Origin: Octopus vulgaris | Lineage: Eukaryota | NCBI GenBank assembly: GCA_951406725.2 | Contig: OX597814.1 | Location: 196,230,001-196,294,000 of the forward strand | Direction of reading: 5' to 3' | DNA: 64,000 bases | Shown here: positions 25,271 through 38,995 of the stretch, piece by piece | Layout: each line of letters begins with the position of its first letter | How positions within the stretch are numbered: the stretch's first letter is position 1 | The notes under the pieces: model-generated | Told to the model about the DNA's origin: nothing | The model's database searches: none | What the model saw: only the letters and a program-made list of their open reading frames with translations | Program-made: the position numbers and the translations under genes

Positions 25271-26937
25271 ATATGTAACTAAGTAATCACGCATTTTATA
25301 CATTTAATATTTTCAGCATAGTTACATGTCTCTAAGTACTACCTTTTTCATCAAGATGGTAATCCAACTGTATCGAAAGTATAATATAATCCGAGAATTA
25401 AGGTAATCTTAAGTATTGGTCGTGTAAACGTCGAAGGTGTTAATCACAATCTTTCTCACACCCCAACAACACCTCGTCTCTCCTCTCACACATACCTACA
25501 CATACACAAGCACTTTCTTCCCTCTCTTCCTATCCCTCTTGGACTTCCCTTTAGTATGCGATGAAGGACCTGTGCCCGAAACGTTATACATTTACCCTTC
25601 CTTACTTCAGCGTCACACTAATGCTATGAACAGCAAATGTAGCTTTAACTTTTGTTTTTCTTTTTTAATTGTGTTTAGTATCTTTGAAGATCCCCAATGT
25701 CTACAAGCTCGTATATTATGAAACATTTTCCTAGTTATTAAATTATAATTGAAACGTAGATTTGGTAGTGTATTGACTGCTATTTCTAGCAAGACGTGAC
25801 CGCATAAGTTTGGACTCCCCCGTTGTCTCGTTATACTCCATGCCTGTGTCAGTGGCGGCAACTTCTGGAAAAATATATTTAATTACATTTGTAGCGAGTT
25901 CAAAAGACGATTTGACTGAATGCCAAAGGGTAAAAGAGAAATAGAAACAATTTGTAAAAAAAAAATAATAATATTGTATCTACAATAGGTATAATGAAGA
26001 ATGAGGGGAATAAGTAAAAAAGAGAATTTAGAAAACACATTTACCCAAAAAATATAACAGCAAAAAAACAAAACACCATGTCCCACATTACTTAGTATTA
26101 CTATCTCACATACATACTCACAGACCTATTCGTACTTTAAAATGCATATACACAAATTCACAGGCAAATATATACACATATAAGCACATTCACACATATA
26201 CACAGATATTCACATATCTCACATACATACTTGTTTAAAGAGTAACAAAGACATGCACGTATATAGACAAACGCACATGTTCAAACACAAACATGGATAA
26301 AGGAAACACATGTACACATAAACAGACTCACACAGATAATCACACAGACAGACACACACACATTGAGTTTCACATTCAAGGCTAACAGAAAATACGTTTA
26401 TATACAGGCATACACACACAAATACTCAAACACAAAAACATGTATAGAGGAGAACAAACATATGACTGCAGACAGACACTCGTAAAGTGTCATTCACATA
26501 CGAACATTAACATGATAAAAAAAACTAACAGAAAACACGTTCGTAGAAGGGATGCATACATACTTACTCATATAGAAACATGCACAAAGACACACACATT
26601 CACACACAGATACACATGAACACACACACACACACACACTCACACACACGTCACGCGCTCGAATACTCACAAACACATATACACAGATCTTCACAAACAC
26701 GCATGCACTCATATAGCAGTACTGTCACACGTGCTCACACACGACAGATCGTGCCAGGAATAATTATAGTATTTTAGTATATTTTCGACATCTGTTTTGT
26801 CTGTTTACAACAAACATAACGAATATTCACTAGCAATAGATTTAGTTTAATTACAAGTTTCTGTATAATTGATAACATATACAATCTCAAATAACTAGGT
26901 TTGTCATTTGAACGTATATATATATATATATACACAT

Positions 26938-27008
<71 letters not shown>

Positions 27009-27092
27009 GGCAAAAAAATTTTTTAGAATCTTATTGCCACCAGCGGCCTAGTGGGAAAAAATTAAATAGTCATAAACCATTTTTAAGTTCAA

Positions 27093-27366
27093 CATCACAA
27101 TCAAGGAACGGCCATAATAGGCCATTCACCCACTAGAAATAGCATCCAAAAGCTTCAACCGCAAAATAACATCAATTCCGTAAACCAGGAGAAAATTAAA
27201 AAAACATTTACCCTGTAATTTCTTATAAGATCGTATAAGAAATTACAGGGTAAATGTTTTTTTAATTTTCTCCTGGTTTACGGAATTGATGTTATTTTGC
27301 GGTTGAAGCTTTTGGCTGCTATTTCTAGTGGGTGAATGGCCTATTATGGCCGTTCCTTGATTGTGA

Positions 27367-27368
<2 letters not shown>
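27093..27368. repeat. Near-perfect 276-bp hairpin (135-bp arms, 6-nt loop)
   Basis: 27093-27227 is the reverse complement of 27234-27368, with about 1 mismatch. Confidence 0.9.
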
Positions 27369-27410
<42 letters not shown>

Positions 27411-27523
27411 GTTGGTATATGACGCTTGACATACATATATACAAATACATACATGTATATATAAATATATATGTGTATATACGTACATGCACATATACAA
27501 ATTTATAAATGTGTGTGTATATA

Positions 27524-27564
<41 letters not shown>

Positions 27565-27609
27565 CTGCGAGTGTTTATGTCTATAAACACTCATATATAC
27601 ATGTATGCA

Positions 27610-27686
<77 letters not shown>

Positions 27687-28042
27687 TTTTGTGTGTATGT
27701 ATGTATGTATGTATGTATGTATGTATGTATGTATGTATATATACATATTGTGTGGTCTAAGTCCTATATTTTATACACTAGAATGACCTGTCATTTATTG
27801 ATCATATAACAGTGAACTGTTATGATACGCCAAAATTTACATCCTCTATGATCTAAATTATATTTATGTATGTCGCCTTTTTTCCTGACTTGCTTTTTGC
27901 GTGTGTAAATACCGTATGCACATTACGCACATATATACACAGACATATACGCACACAAAACCAAACACATGTACAAACGTATCAAATACATGCGCGCTGG
28001 TATATCTATCTCTCTATTTATGCACTGAAACTCTCACACATA

Positions 28043-28086
<44 letters not shown>

Positions 28087-28225
28087 TTGTGTGAACGGAA
28101 AAATGCATTAATTGTATGTAAAATGCAACATAAATATGGCCAGTTTAATATGTAACATCGTCTTGTTTCCAACTATCTCTCTCTATATATATAATCAAAA
28201 TAAGCAACAAGGATATCCAAAGGTA

Positions 28226-28313
28226 ATGCAGTACGATCGTTTCAAGCAACTCCATTTAACTGAACAAGGTAATCATTACATCAGTTTAAATGCAGAGCAA
28301 TCATCAGCTGCAT
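28226..28313 (-). ncRNA. Type I minimal hammerhead ribozyme motif
   Basis: Minus strand: atgcag-CTGATGA-(long stem II)-GAAAC-gatc-GTA-ctgcat; 6-bp stem I; palindromic stem III acgatcgt. Confidence 0.7.
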
Positions 28314-28417
28314 AAAGACATAGAACTTAATTAAATTAAAACAGATGGACAGTAAAATTTAACCTAAAACACCGTACGAAACTCTAGTGCCTCAACTTAA
28401 GTACCATATTCATCTGA

Positions 28418-28514
<97 letters not shown>

Positions 28515-28515
<1 letters not shown>

Positions 28516-28700
28516 AAAACAATATAGTTTATTGAAAAGCAGCGGAAATATCACAAAAACCGTTACTCAGAGTTTCACGTTCCCGTTCGTCTGACAGTTT
28601 TGTTCTGCTGTTTTTCAATAAAGCACATTACTCTACCTCTGGTATTCAAGTACTATTTTTTCAATCTTGTTTCGCATTTATGTGCTTACTCCAGTATATA
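28515..28700. mobile_element. Fold-back element family F with hammerhead-like motif
   Basis: Minus strand 28601-28555: aaaactgt-CAGACGA-acg-ggaa-cgt-GAAAC-tctga-GTA-acggtttt. Confidence 0.7.
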
Positions 28701-29011
28701 TAACGATATGTATATATAACGAAGAAACAGTTGGTATCAAAACGATGCTACATATTATACTGGCCATAGTCATGTTGCATATTGCACACAATTGATATCT
28801 TTTCCGTTAACACAAGTACACATACACACACACACACGTATATGTGTGCGCGTTTCAGTGCATGAAAAGAAAGATAGATAGATAGATATACCAGTGTGCA
28901 TATATATGATACGTTTGTGCATGTGTTTGTTTTTGTGTGTCTGTGCCTGTGTACATGTATTTTTGTATATATATATATATACATATGTATGTGTTTGTAT
29001 ATATCTATCTA

Positions 29012-29062
<51 letters not shown>

Positions 29063-29392
29063 TCACATCATTTAATATACCAAATATTTAAATGGAGATA
29101 CTATTAACTTCATGCTGTGAAAACACGACGGTCGGACAAGCTTGTATAGCACGCCATATCTTTCCAAAAATCTAAGAGACTCAAATATACGGTATCGTTG
29201 GTCTTTGAAAGAACAAAAACAAAAAAACAAAATGAACAGAAACATGAAAAGAACAGGAAGGATTTGAATGACAAATGCGGAAAGAAACAGAAAGAACAGA
29301 AAATTAAAGGAGGATGCCTTTGGAGTGCATCAGAATTACTATAGTTAATATATATTAATCAACAATTAATATAGTATATGTTGTTTTTGTCG

Positions 29393-29682
29393 TTGTTTGT
29401 TCCTTCTCGAGCCACGCCTGGCTCATAGGGCCGGTTTCCCGGTTTACTTGGCGTATATGTTTCCCCCCTGGACGGGACGCCGGTCCGTCGAATGTGAGCT
29501 GCGAGATGCTGAGGGAAAGAGTGAGAGAAAGTTGTGGCGAAAGAGTCAGCAGAAGTTCGCCAGAGCCGCGCGGAGCTTAGGTGTTTCGCTCATAAACACT
29601 CACATTTCCCGGTCTGAGATTCGAACCCGTGATCCCTCGACCGCGAGTCCGCTGCTCTAACCACTAGGCCAAGTGTCTCCAC
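29393..29682 (-). mobile_element. SINE family C
   Basis: Reverse complement of the 5217/37880 family; flanking direct repeat aatatagtatatg. Confidence 0.88.
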
Positions 29683-30075
29683 AATATAGTATATGATGTA
29701 AATTAATTAAACGGAAAGTCAAAGATTATAAATTAATATATAAATACATATAAAAAATATACTCTCTCTCTCACACACACACACATGCATGCTATCATTC
29801 GAGTGTTGTCTTTAAGAACAAATAATGAGCGAGCTCTTTGCTAGAGACGTTGACATCAATATTTTTATTATAATATTTCATTTATATTTCTAACATTCGT
29901 ATAAGTACAGGATTTCTGTACAAATACAGAATTAGAAACAACATATCAGAATATTACATTGACACCGGTATTTGACTGTTACTTCATTATATCGACTCTT
30001 GAAAAATGTCTGTCTGTCTGTCTATCTGTCTGTACGTCTGTCTACCTGTCTATTAATGCATAGTGGTTGACAATG

Positions 30076-30458
30076 TGGAGGCGCAATGGCCTGGTGGTTA
30101 GGGCAGTGGACTCGCGGTCATAGGATCGCGGTTTCGATTCCTAGACCGGGCGTTGTGAGTGTTTATTGAGCGAAAACACCTAAAGCTTCACGAGGCTCCG
30201 GCAGGGATGGTGGTGATCCCTGCTGTACTCTTTCACCACAACTTTCTCTCACTCTTACTTCCTGTTTCTGTTGTACCTGTACTTCAAAGGGCCGGCCTTG
30301 TCACTCTCTGTGTCACGCTGAATATCCCCGAGAACTACGTTAAGGGTACACGTGTCTGTGGAGTGCTCAGCCACTTACACGTTAATTTCACGAGCAGGCT
30401 GTTCCGTTGATTCGGATCAACCGGAACCCTCATCGTCGTAACTGACGGAGTGCTTCCT
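30076..30458 (+). mobile_element. SINE family B, full length
   Basis: Near-identical to 15531; TSD tagtggttgaca / tagtggctgaca. Confidence 0.92.
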
Positions 30459-30461
30459 CCC

Positions 30462-30769
30462 TAGTGGCTGACATTGACTTCGAAGTTTCGGCCAGCTAAA
30501 CCTAGGCCACGACTTGGAAATCACAGTCAATACTATTATCTTAAAAGAATATTGAATATTTGCAAAGAGTATTGAGTAATCATTCAGTTTAACGTAAAAT
30601 TGTTGTCATGTCGTGTTATAATGAAAACAAATTTACGTTAAACTGAATGACTACTCAATACTCTTTGCAAATATTTAATATTATTTTAAGATAATAGTTT
30701 TGATTGTGACTTCCAAGTCATGGCCTAGGTTTAGTTGGCCGAAACTTCGAAGTCAGTGTCAACCACTAT
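30462..30769. repeat. Fold-back element with ~137-bp arms
   Basis: 30462-30598 aligns to the reverse complement of 30632-30768; carries ggcc..ggcc-GAAAC-ttcgaa-GTC (hammerhead 3' half only). Confidence 0.85.
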
Positions 30770-30951
30770 ACTTGTAACAGATTTTTATTTATTTATTTAT
30801 GTATGTATGTATGTATGTATGTATGTATGTATGTATGTATGTATGTATGTATGTATGTATGTATGTATGTATGTATGTATGTATGTATATATATATACAT
30901 ATATATATATATATACATATATATACATATATATATATACATACATACATA

Positions 30952-30983
<32 letters not shown>

Positions 30984-30985
30984 CA

Positions 30986-31017
<32 letters not shown>

Positions 31018-31037
31018 CATATATATATACATACATA

Positions 31038-31069
<32 letters not shown>

Positions 31070-31092
31070 CATACATATATATATACAAATAT

Positions 31093-31156
<64 letters not shown>

Positions 31157-31182
31157 GGTTTGTATGATTGTGCATAGGGGGA

Positions 31183-31435
31183 TATATATTATTCAAAGAA
31201 ATTCCAACTGAAACACTCCTATCACAGCCTGGGACTTTGAAGGCTGCTTTAATGCTAGGAAGTATACTAGTCCCTTAACATTTGATATTCAATATTTCAT
31301 CTAATCAGTAAGACAATCAATACTTCAATTCATTTTATTATATATATTATTTATACTATATATTCTATATTCTACATTAATATTATAAAGAATATAAATA
31401 TAACATAAAAAACAGAGTTGGAATTTCTTTGAATA

Positions 31436-31440
<5 letters not shown>
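31183..31440. mobile_element. Small element in (TA)n with ~25-bp terminal inverted repeats
   Basis: tatattattcaaagaaattccaact (~31185) and agttggaatttctttgaatagtata (~31416). Confidence 0.6.
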
Positions 31441-31532
<92 letters not shown>

Positions 31533-32661
31533 TAACGAATAATTTACACCTGGTAGCTTACTGGTGAAGCACGGTCACATTCACAGTGATCGTTATGTAT
31601 ATTGTAAATGAAAAACGGAAGATAGAATATATAAATTCTCGTATATTCCATCTTCCATCTTTCATTTACCATAAATATATATATGAAATCCTATAAGACG
31701 AAATTTATCGTCTATTAGTATATCTCCTGTTACACGAAAGTGGATGGACATTAATGGGTGAATGACGTCGTCTCATTGTATGTTGCGAATTGCAGAAAAA
31801 TTTATGGAACGCAGCGCTTCAGTAGCGTCGGACGTGCCTCGCCTATGTGTTTCTACATGCGTATATACAGAAACATACATCACCCATATATATATATATA
31901 TATATATACACATACATATGCATACATATGTATACACATATATACTTATATGTGTGAGTGTATGTGTTTGTGAGTGTTTTTGTGTGTGTATGCGAAAAAT
32001 CTTGAAATGCCTTAAACTTATACTCATCCAATCAATATCAATATAATAGAGCATTATCTATGCAACAACTGTCACATTGAACATTAATCATGATAATATA
32101 CATAGCATTGGATTAACAACAAATCAATTTCTAAAGAGATTCTATCAACACAAGTATAATACCAAAATATGTTGATACTGGCCTAGCGATACATAAATGA
32201 TATTTGAAAAATTTTTTAGCAATATTAAATCAGCTCTTTCAGACAAAAATAATACATCATTACCCAATCTAGCCCATTCAGTTGATGTTATGCTCTTGAT
32301 AAACTCGTAAACCTTTAATACAGTACTAAAATATTAAGTATCTTTCATCAACTGATATCTTTGCGCTCACATATGCGGAAAAAACTTACGTTCCTCACCA
32401 ATCATATGTTGGAATTTCGATAGAAGGAGATATCTTTGTTTCTTTTCAAAACTATTTAACTCCTTAGTGTAACACCTGTGTGACATTCTCTTAACAATAA
32501 TTCTTCTAAAGCCGTCAGAATAATGGATCTTTGTATATGGACTGGATTTTCTCCCTATGTATATCTCTTTTCATAGAAGAAACAAATATACATAGGGAAA
32601 AAAATCATATAGAAAATATACTAATAGAAATTTCGTCTTATGGGATTTCATATATACATAT

Positions 32662-32945
32662 GAAGTCCACTGCCATCTCAACTCGAACTAAGCGCCGCTT
32701 ATTTAGTTCAAACGTAAAATCTGTGCTTTTGTATGGCTCTGAAACATGGAGAGCCACCTGCAGCAACTACAAGAAGATCCAGACTTTCATCAACAAATGT
32801 CTCCGTCAGATCCTCCATCTGAAGTGGTTCGACAGAGTGCCAAACACCGACCTGTGGGAAAGGGCCAACCAGGAGCCTATACATGTTCAGATTAGACGAA
32901 GGAAATGGAAATGGATCGATCGTACACACTGCGGAAAGAACCCTT
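32662..32945 (+). pseudogene. RTE-clade LINE C-terminal fragment
   Basis: ISTRTKRRLFSSNVKSVLLYGSETW...IQTFINKCLRQIL...W...QIRRRKWKWI..TLRK. Confidence 0.9.
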
Positions 32946-33921
32946 CAGTAGCAGTCGTGTATCTAACTGTATACGCAAGATACATTAAAATATATTAGCA
33001 AAATAAAATTTCCCAGTGTTTGTTGCCACATCCCTAAACAGACATTTTAGTTCGTGACTCCTCTATTTGCAATTGTAATTCTAATTTACTTTGATGTATT
33101 TTTACGCGTTGGATATTAAGCTTCATTGCACGGTTCGTCTGTTTGCTTTCGTGATCGATACAACTGTTTGCTTCAACTACTTTCACTAGAACAACACAAT
33201 TGCTGAAAGATGAAAGTAGTCACTTCCTTATTGAGATTTGAACTCGAGACAAAGGGAGTTAGACACTATTGTCTCCGACACATTTTATCTGATACTTAAT
33301 ACTTTACACTTCTTGTATATTATAGACATTTTATTTCATAACATTTTCTGTCCTGCTAATAAACAAGTTGAAAAAAATATGGTTTAGATAGACAACAATT
33401 AATGATGGCGATAAAGATAAACGAACTTGCTGTGATAATTATCCTTCTGAAAATCTAACATATATATTTCTGATTTTTTTTTTGTGTTATAAGTAGCAGC
33501 GATATTTGTAATTATTAAAAATGTTCTTTCAATTAAGTGAATAGTTATAATTAGCTAATATTTACGTGACCATAATTTATAACTAAAATTCCTTATAGCT
33601 CCTAGTTGTTTAACTATCTGGCAATTAATTAAAAGGTCAAATATTAATATCGTGTAAATGGTAATAAAACACTTAAAATGTAATTAACAAAATTTGTAAA
33701 TAAGGGCCATGGGGAGATAAGCTATAATTCTACAGTAGATTACAGTGCTAATACAAATCTGATGTGTTAAATCAATGTCGAATACTGGTTTTGTGTAATT
33801 TTGAATCTCGAATATGGTGTCGAATTACCGTCTAAGGCTATGGTTTCCCATCCTCAGATAGACAGGTAGATAGATAGATGGAGAAGGAGAAAGTGAGTGA
33901 GAGAGAGAGAGACGATAGTAT

Positions 33922-34155
33922 CTATTTCTTTACTACTCACAAGGGGCTAAACACAGAGAGGACAAACAAGGACAGACAGACGGATTAAGTCGATTATATC
34001 GACCCCAGTGCGTAACTGGTACTTAATTTATCGACCCCGAAAGGATGAAAGGCAAAGTCGACCTCGGCGGAATTTGAAGTCAAAACGTAGCGGCAGGAGA
34101 AATACGGCTACGCATTTTGCCCGGCGTGCTAACGATTCTGCCAGATCGCCGCCTT
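33922..34155 (-). mobile_element. SINE family D monomer
   Basis: Full head and tail; 14-bp TSD agagacgatagtat. Confidence 0.9.
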
Positions 34156-34622
34156 AAGAGACGATAGTATTAGCTTGTTCACGCCCATTTCTTTCTTGGT
34201 ATAGCGTTTCAACTAGAAATCGAAACTGTAACTAAATGATCATCAGTCCCGAATGTTATCGCTAGACAGTGGAGTTCTCAAAAGTTTTGTAAACAAGAGG
34301 GTTAGGAGATTAGATTTTGGTCACTTCAATCCGTGAAAGTTATAAACTTCAGAGCATTTACAATAATGTGATAAACTACAGAACAATTAAGGAGAATAGT
34401 TCTCGAGGTCACGTGTCATATACAAATGTTTGTTTAACGAGACGGCTTGAAATTAAATTCAATCATGAATATCGATCCAATTACTCAAGCACATCCATGG
34501 CTGATCAATAACCACAAAAATTAACCAACTTAATGATATGTATATTGAATCAGGAAACTTGAATATTAAATGCTCCAATTATAAAATGTAACAAGGGAAG
34601 TCTTGAATTATTTTTTTATCAA

Positions 34623-34928
34623 GGCGCAGGCTTGGCTTGGCTGTGTGGTAAAATGTTTGCCTACCAGCCACATGGGTTCGAGTTCAAGTCTTTTCTACTA
34701 TAGCCTCAGACACACTAATGCCTCGTGAATGGATCTGTTCGGCGGAAACCAAAAGAAGCCGCGTCGTACAGGCATGCTTGGTGTTGCTTTGCTTACGTTC
34801 CAGTTTTGTAGCAGTTCAGCAAAAGAGACCGATAAATAAGCATCGGGGCCATTTATTTGGCTAAAGGACTTCAACGCTGTACTGTAGCGTGGCCGCAGTT
34901 CAGTGAATGAAACAAGTAAAAGATAAAA
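34623..34928 (+). mobile_element. SINE family A, degenerate
   Basis: ggctgtgtggtaa head; tail tgaaacaagtaaaaga. Confidence 0.7.
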
Positions 34929-35289
34929 GCTGTTAATATATTCCATCACCATCTCTTACAGATTAGAGCTACAATCGAAAGCCTTCCATCCTAGACCATC
35001 CTGTTTTAATTTCAGTCGTACATTCATTGCAAAATCATTTCGTGCATCTTCGCTTAAAAAGATGTTGGATAATGTCTGGAGAGAAATTTGGCTGCTATTT
35101 CTAGCAAATCAACTGATGACATGTAGAGTTCTTCGGTGGATTTTACAAAGTTGTGTGTTTTTCTTTTTAATCTGTTGCGAGTAATCTAACAGTGCATGGT
35201 GTTAGAGACTGGGTTTCGATTCCTCTAAGAACCATTTCTTCCATACGTAGCATTCTACATATTATGTTACCTTATTAATGAATACACAT

Positions 35290-36520
35290 GGGTTTCATAT
35301 TTTAGCACAAGGCCAGTAATTTCAAGGGAATTAAGTTTCCTATATCGACCCCAGAGCTCAACTGATACTTATTTTATCGAAGCCGAATTTGACCTCAGCA
35401 GAATTTGAACTCAGAACATAAAGACGGACAGAATGCTGCTAAGAATTTTGATTTCCACCTCGCAGCCTTGTTAATGAATATACAGGGTGTTCAAAAAGGC
35501 TCTCCGAAGTAAGTCCTTTATTGCAAAATAAATATTTATAAGCTCGTATAGAATATATTAGACTTTACAAGACTTTAAAAACCTTTATAAGAGGTGTTGA
35601 AAGTGTCGTCCTTCATTTTCAATACGTAAGTTGACTCTTCTGTACATGTTTTGAAACATATCTTGGAGAGTCTGACGCGATATGGACCGTGTGAAGGTTA
35701 TGATTGCGTCTTTTAGCTCATTAATCGTTTTTCGGGCAATTCTTGTACACCGATCCTTTACTTGCACCCCAGAAAAAAATGTCTGGTAGTGTTAAAACCA
35801 AGTGATCTTTGTGGCCAAAGTCTCTTCGAAATAATCCGTTCACTGAAAAATTCACTGCGGCAGACTTTTTGAACACCCTGTATATCGATCTTTAGATGTT
35901 AGTACAAGGCCAGAAAATTTTGGAGAATTGACTTCAGTCGATTATATCGACCTCAGTGATCAAAATCTTTATTTTATCGATCCTGAAAGAATGAAAGGCA
36001 TTTGACGAAATGCCGCTAAGTGTTTTTCCCGGCATGTTAAAGATTCTACTCACTCGCCGCCTTATTGGTGAGAGCATATTCTTTTCTACTCTAGGGACAA
36101 GGCCCGAAAATTTTGAGGAGGAGGCCAGTCGATTCGACCGACTACAGTACGCAACTGATACTTAATTAATCGACCCCAAAAGGATAGAAGACGAAATGTC
36201 ACTAAGTATTTCGCCCGGCGTGCTAACCTTTCTGTCAGCTCACCTTTTTGGTGAGAATATATTACGATAACAAAGTACTAAGATTATTTTAAATTCTCAT
36301 CAAGGAATGAAATCATAGTGTAGTTATATTGGTTTCAAATTTTGACTCAAGGCCAGCAATTATATCAACCCTAGTGTTCAACAGGTACTTATTTTATCGA
36401 CCACGAAAATATGAAATGTAAATTCCACCTTGGTAGAATTTGAACTCAGAACGTGAAGACGAATGAACTGTGGCTAAACATTTTGCCAGCGTGCTAATAA
36501 TTCTGCCAGCTCACTGCCTT
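35290..36520 (-). mobile_element. Four degenerate family D-related SINEs (35290-35470, 35900-36062, 36078-36245, 36330-36520)
   Basis: Repeated acaaggcc...tatatcgacc...acttattttatcgac...gaatttgaactcagaac motifs. Confidence 0.75.
35483..35880 (-). mobile_element. Internally deleted Tc1/mariner-superfamily DNA transposon
   Basis: TIR cagggtgttcaaaaag; TA on both sides; minus strand encodes a transposase C-terminus (WPQRS...FF...VKDR...TINELKDAI...MYRRVNLRIENEGRHFQHLL*). Confidence 0.9.
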
Positions 36521-37329
36521 AGCTAGTTTAGTTATATTGGCATTATTTCCGTAAACGCTGTTTATATCTCATTATTTAATCTCTCGGATTGAGACGATTG
36601 TGTAACTGTTTGGAGGTTGGTGATATGCAAGACTGACAGGAGATTTAGCCTGTTTTGGCAACAATAACTTTTGGCCGTGGAGACAAATACACTGAGTTAG
36701 CTAACTAGATAGATAGATAGATAAAGCGATAGCGAGATAAAATGAGAGAGAGCGAGAGACGGAGAATGCAAAACAGAGAGAGAAGTGAGAGAAAGAGAAA
36801 CAGACATTACAGCTGTATACGATTGACATAAACACTTCCCTGCATCTGATACACATGACGAGAAATATGCTTACACACACACACACACACACACGCACGC
36901 GCGCGCGCACATACCCACACAAATATACGCAGAGAGGAAGGAGGGTGACGGAAAGAAACATTAAAACGACTAACGTCAAATAAGTCAGCGTTGAATCAGC
37001 GACACCAGAGAGGTGGTACCAAACTAGTATGTCAAACTGTCCCATACCCTTAATCTCTATACTCTGTGTTCAAATTCAACGTCAACTTTACTCCTCATAA
37101 ATTCGAGGTTAACACAACAAACGCCAATAATCTGAAGCATTTAATCCCTTATATTGACGGATTACTGCCTGTAGAACCTTGAAGTAATTCACCCCTATTG
37201 GTTTTGGCAGTGGTGGAAGTTGTGGTAGCTGTCTACTGATTGAACTAAGGGACTTTATATTTCCATTGTTATTTCACATTGCTGATACTACCTGTGAGCT
37301 GCTACTTCTGTCTAACCTAAAGGAGGTAC

Positions 37330-37582
37330 TCCAGGCCTAGGTCTCCAGTCCTGGGTCTCAAAGGGCCGGTTACCTGGTCTCCAAGCTGTATAAGTGACCG
37401 AGATCACAATAAAATACCCCGAAAGGGAGGCTAGTCCGTCACAAGGTTGCTCCTTTGCAACAGATTATGTGAAATAAAAAGTTTTGATTAAGAACACAAC
37501 GCACATACCAGTGAGGGAATCGAAACCATGAGCTTGCGATATTCAGTGAAACATTCTAACCACTAGGCTGCGTGCCTTCACA
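37330..37582 (-). mobile_element. Degenerate CORE-type SINE
   Basis: aagaacacaacgc...ggaatcgaaacc...ctaaccactaggc, as in the 23148 family. Confidence 0.65.
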
Positions 37583-37879
37583 TATTTCTGACATTAATAT
37601 CACCATTTTTCAGTGTCTGGGCAGGACTTGATCTCAGAATGCGTGGAGCTGCATTAGACACTGCAAAACATAAAGTACAACGCCCTAATAATTTCGGAAG
37701 TTCACTGCCCTTGACAGTTACTTATTTTGTCGACCTCGAAAGATATATTGAAATGTTGACTGCTACGCAATTTGAACCCATGCTGCAGAGTACTAGAACA
37801 AATACCACAAATATTCTATCTGACATTCTAAAGGTTCATCAATATCATCATCTAAAGGCTCATCCAGCTAAGTAAAGCA

Positions 37880-38180
37880 GGGGAGGCACATGGCCTAGTG
37901 GCTAGAGCAGCGGACTCGTGGTCGAGGGATCGCGGGTTCGAATCTCAGACCGGGCGATGTGTGTGTTTATGAGTGAAACACGAAAGCTCCACGCGGCTCT
38001 GGCAGAAGGTAATGGCGAATGTCTGCTGACTCTCTCGCCACAACTTTCTCTCACTCTTTCCTCCTGCATTTTGCAGCTCACCTGCGACGGACCGGCGTCC
38101 CGTCCTGGTGGGGAACCTATACGCCAAGAAAGCTGGGAAACCGGCCCTTATGAGCTAGGCGTGGCTCGAGAAGGAACAAA
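37880..38180 (+). mobile_element. SINE family C
   Basis: Full length; flanking direct repeat aagtaa(a/g)gcaggg. Confidence 0.88.
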
Positions 38181-38189
38181 CAGCAAGTA

Positions 38190-38850
38190 AGGCAGGGATT
38201 TAGCAGAATCGTTGGCAGCCGGGCGAAATGCTTAGCGGCATTTCGTCCGGTCTTTACGTTCTGAGTTTAAATTCTGCCGAGGTCGAGTTTGCCTTTCATC
38301 CTTTCAGGAAAAAATAAGTACCAGCTGAGTTCTAAGGTCCATGTAATCGATCGACTCCCTCCCCTGAAATTGGCCTTGTGCCAAAATTTGAAACCAGTAT
38401 TGGAAAGCTAAGAAAATGTGGCGTGGCAGCAGAATCGGTAGCACGCCGGACAAAATGCTTAGGGGCATTTCGTCAGGTCTTTACGTTATGAGTTCAAATT
38501 CCACCGAGGTTGACTTTACCCTTCATCCTTTCAGTGTCGATAAACTACGCACGAGTGAATCACTTGGGGTTCAATTTAATCGACTATCCCTCTGTCCCCG
38601 AATTTATAGTAGAAAGGCATTTAGAAAGCTAAGTAGTCATTGAATTGACAGGTTCAGTGCAACAACGTTAGATACAGTCTTGCATTATTTTGTTACAAGT
38701 CTTTACTTTCAGAGTTCAAATCCGCCTGAGGTCAATTTTGCATTTCGGTCTCCCAGGACAAATATAATAAATTACCAAACAAATACTGGGATTGATATAA
38801 TCAACAAACTCTCTCCTCCAAATTTCAGTTCATTTCCTAAGTAAGAAATC
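38190..38850 (+). mobile_element. Three family D-related SINEs in tandem, increasingly degenerate
   Basis: gcagaatcg.tagcacgcc..aaatgcttag...gagttcaaattc...tttcatcctttc motifs. Confidence 0.75.
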
Positions 38851-38995
38851 TCTCCAAGAAAGCTAACAGGGAAATGAAGCTGACGGATAACAGTAATCTC
38901 TCAACCACATACTTAACATATTCAGTCGGAGTTTTACGGTCCTGGATTCGAAGCCTTTCATATCAGCTGCACCATTCATCGTTTGTGGTTGAAGC

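Larger units (their letters stand above)
27930..28960. repeat. Diverged inverted repeat (~240-bp arms) enclosing two hammerhead-bearing fragments and (TATC)n
   Basis: 27930-28175 aligns to the reverse complement of 28725-28960. Confidence 0.75.
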
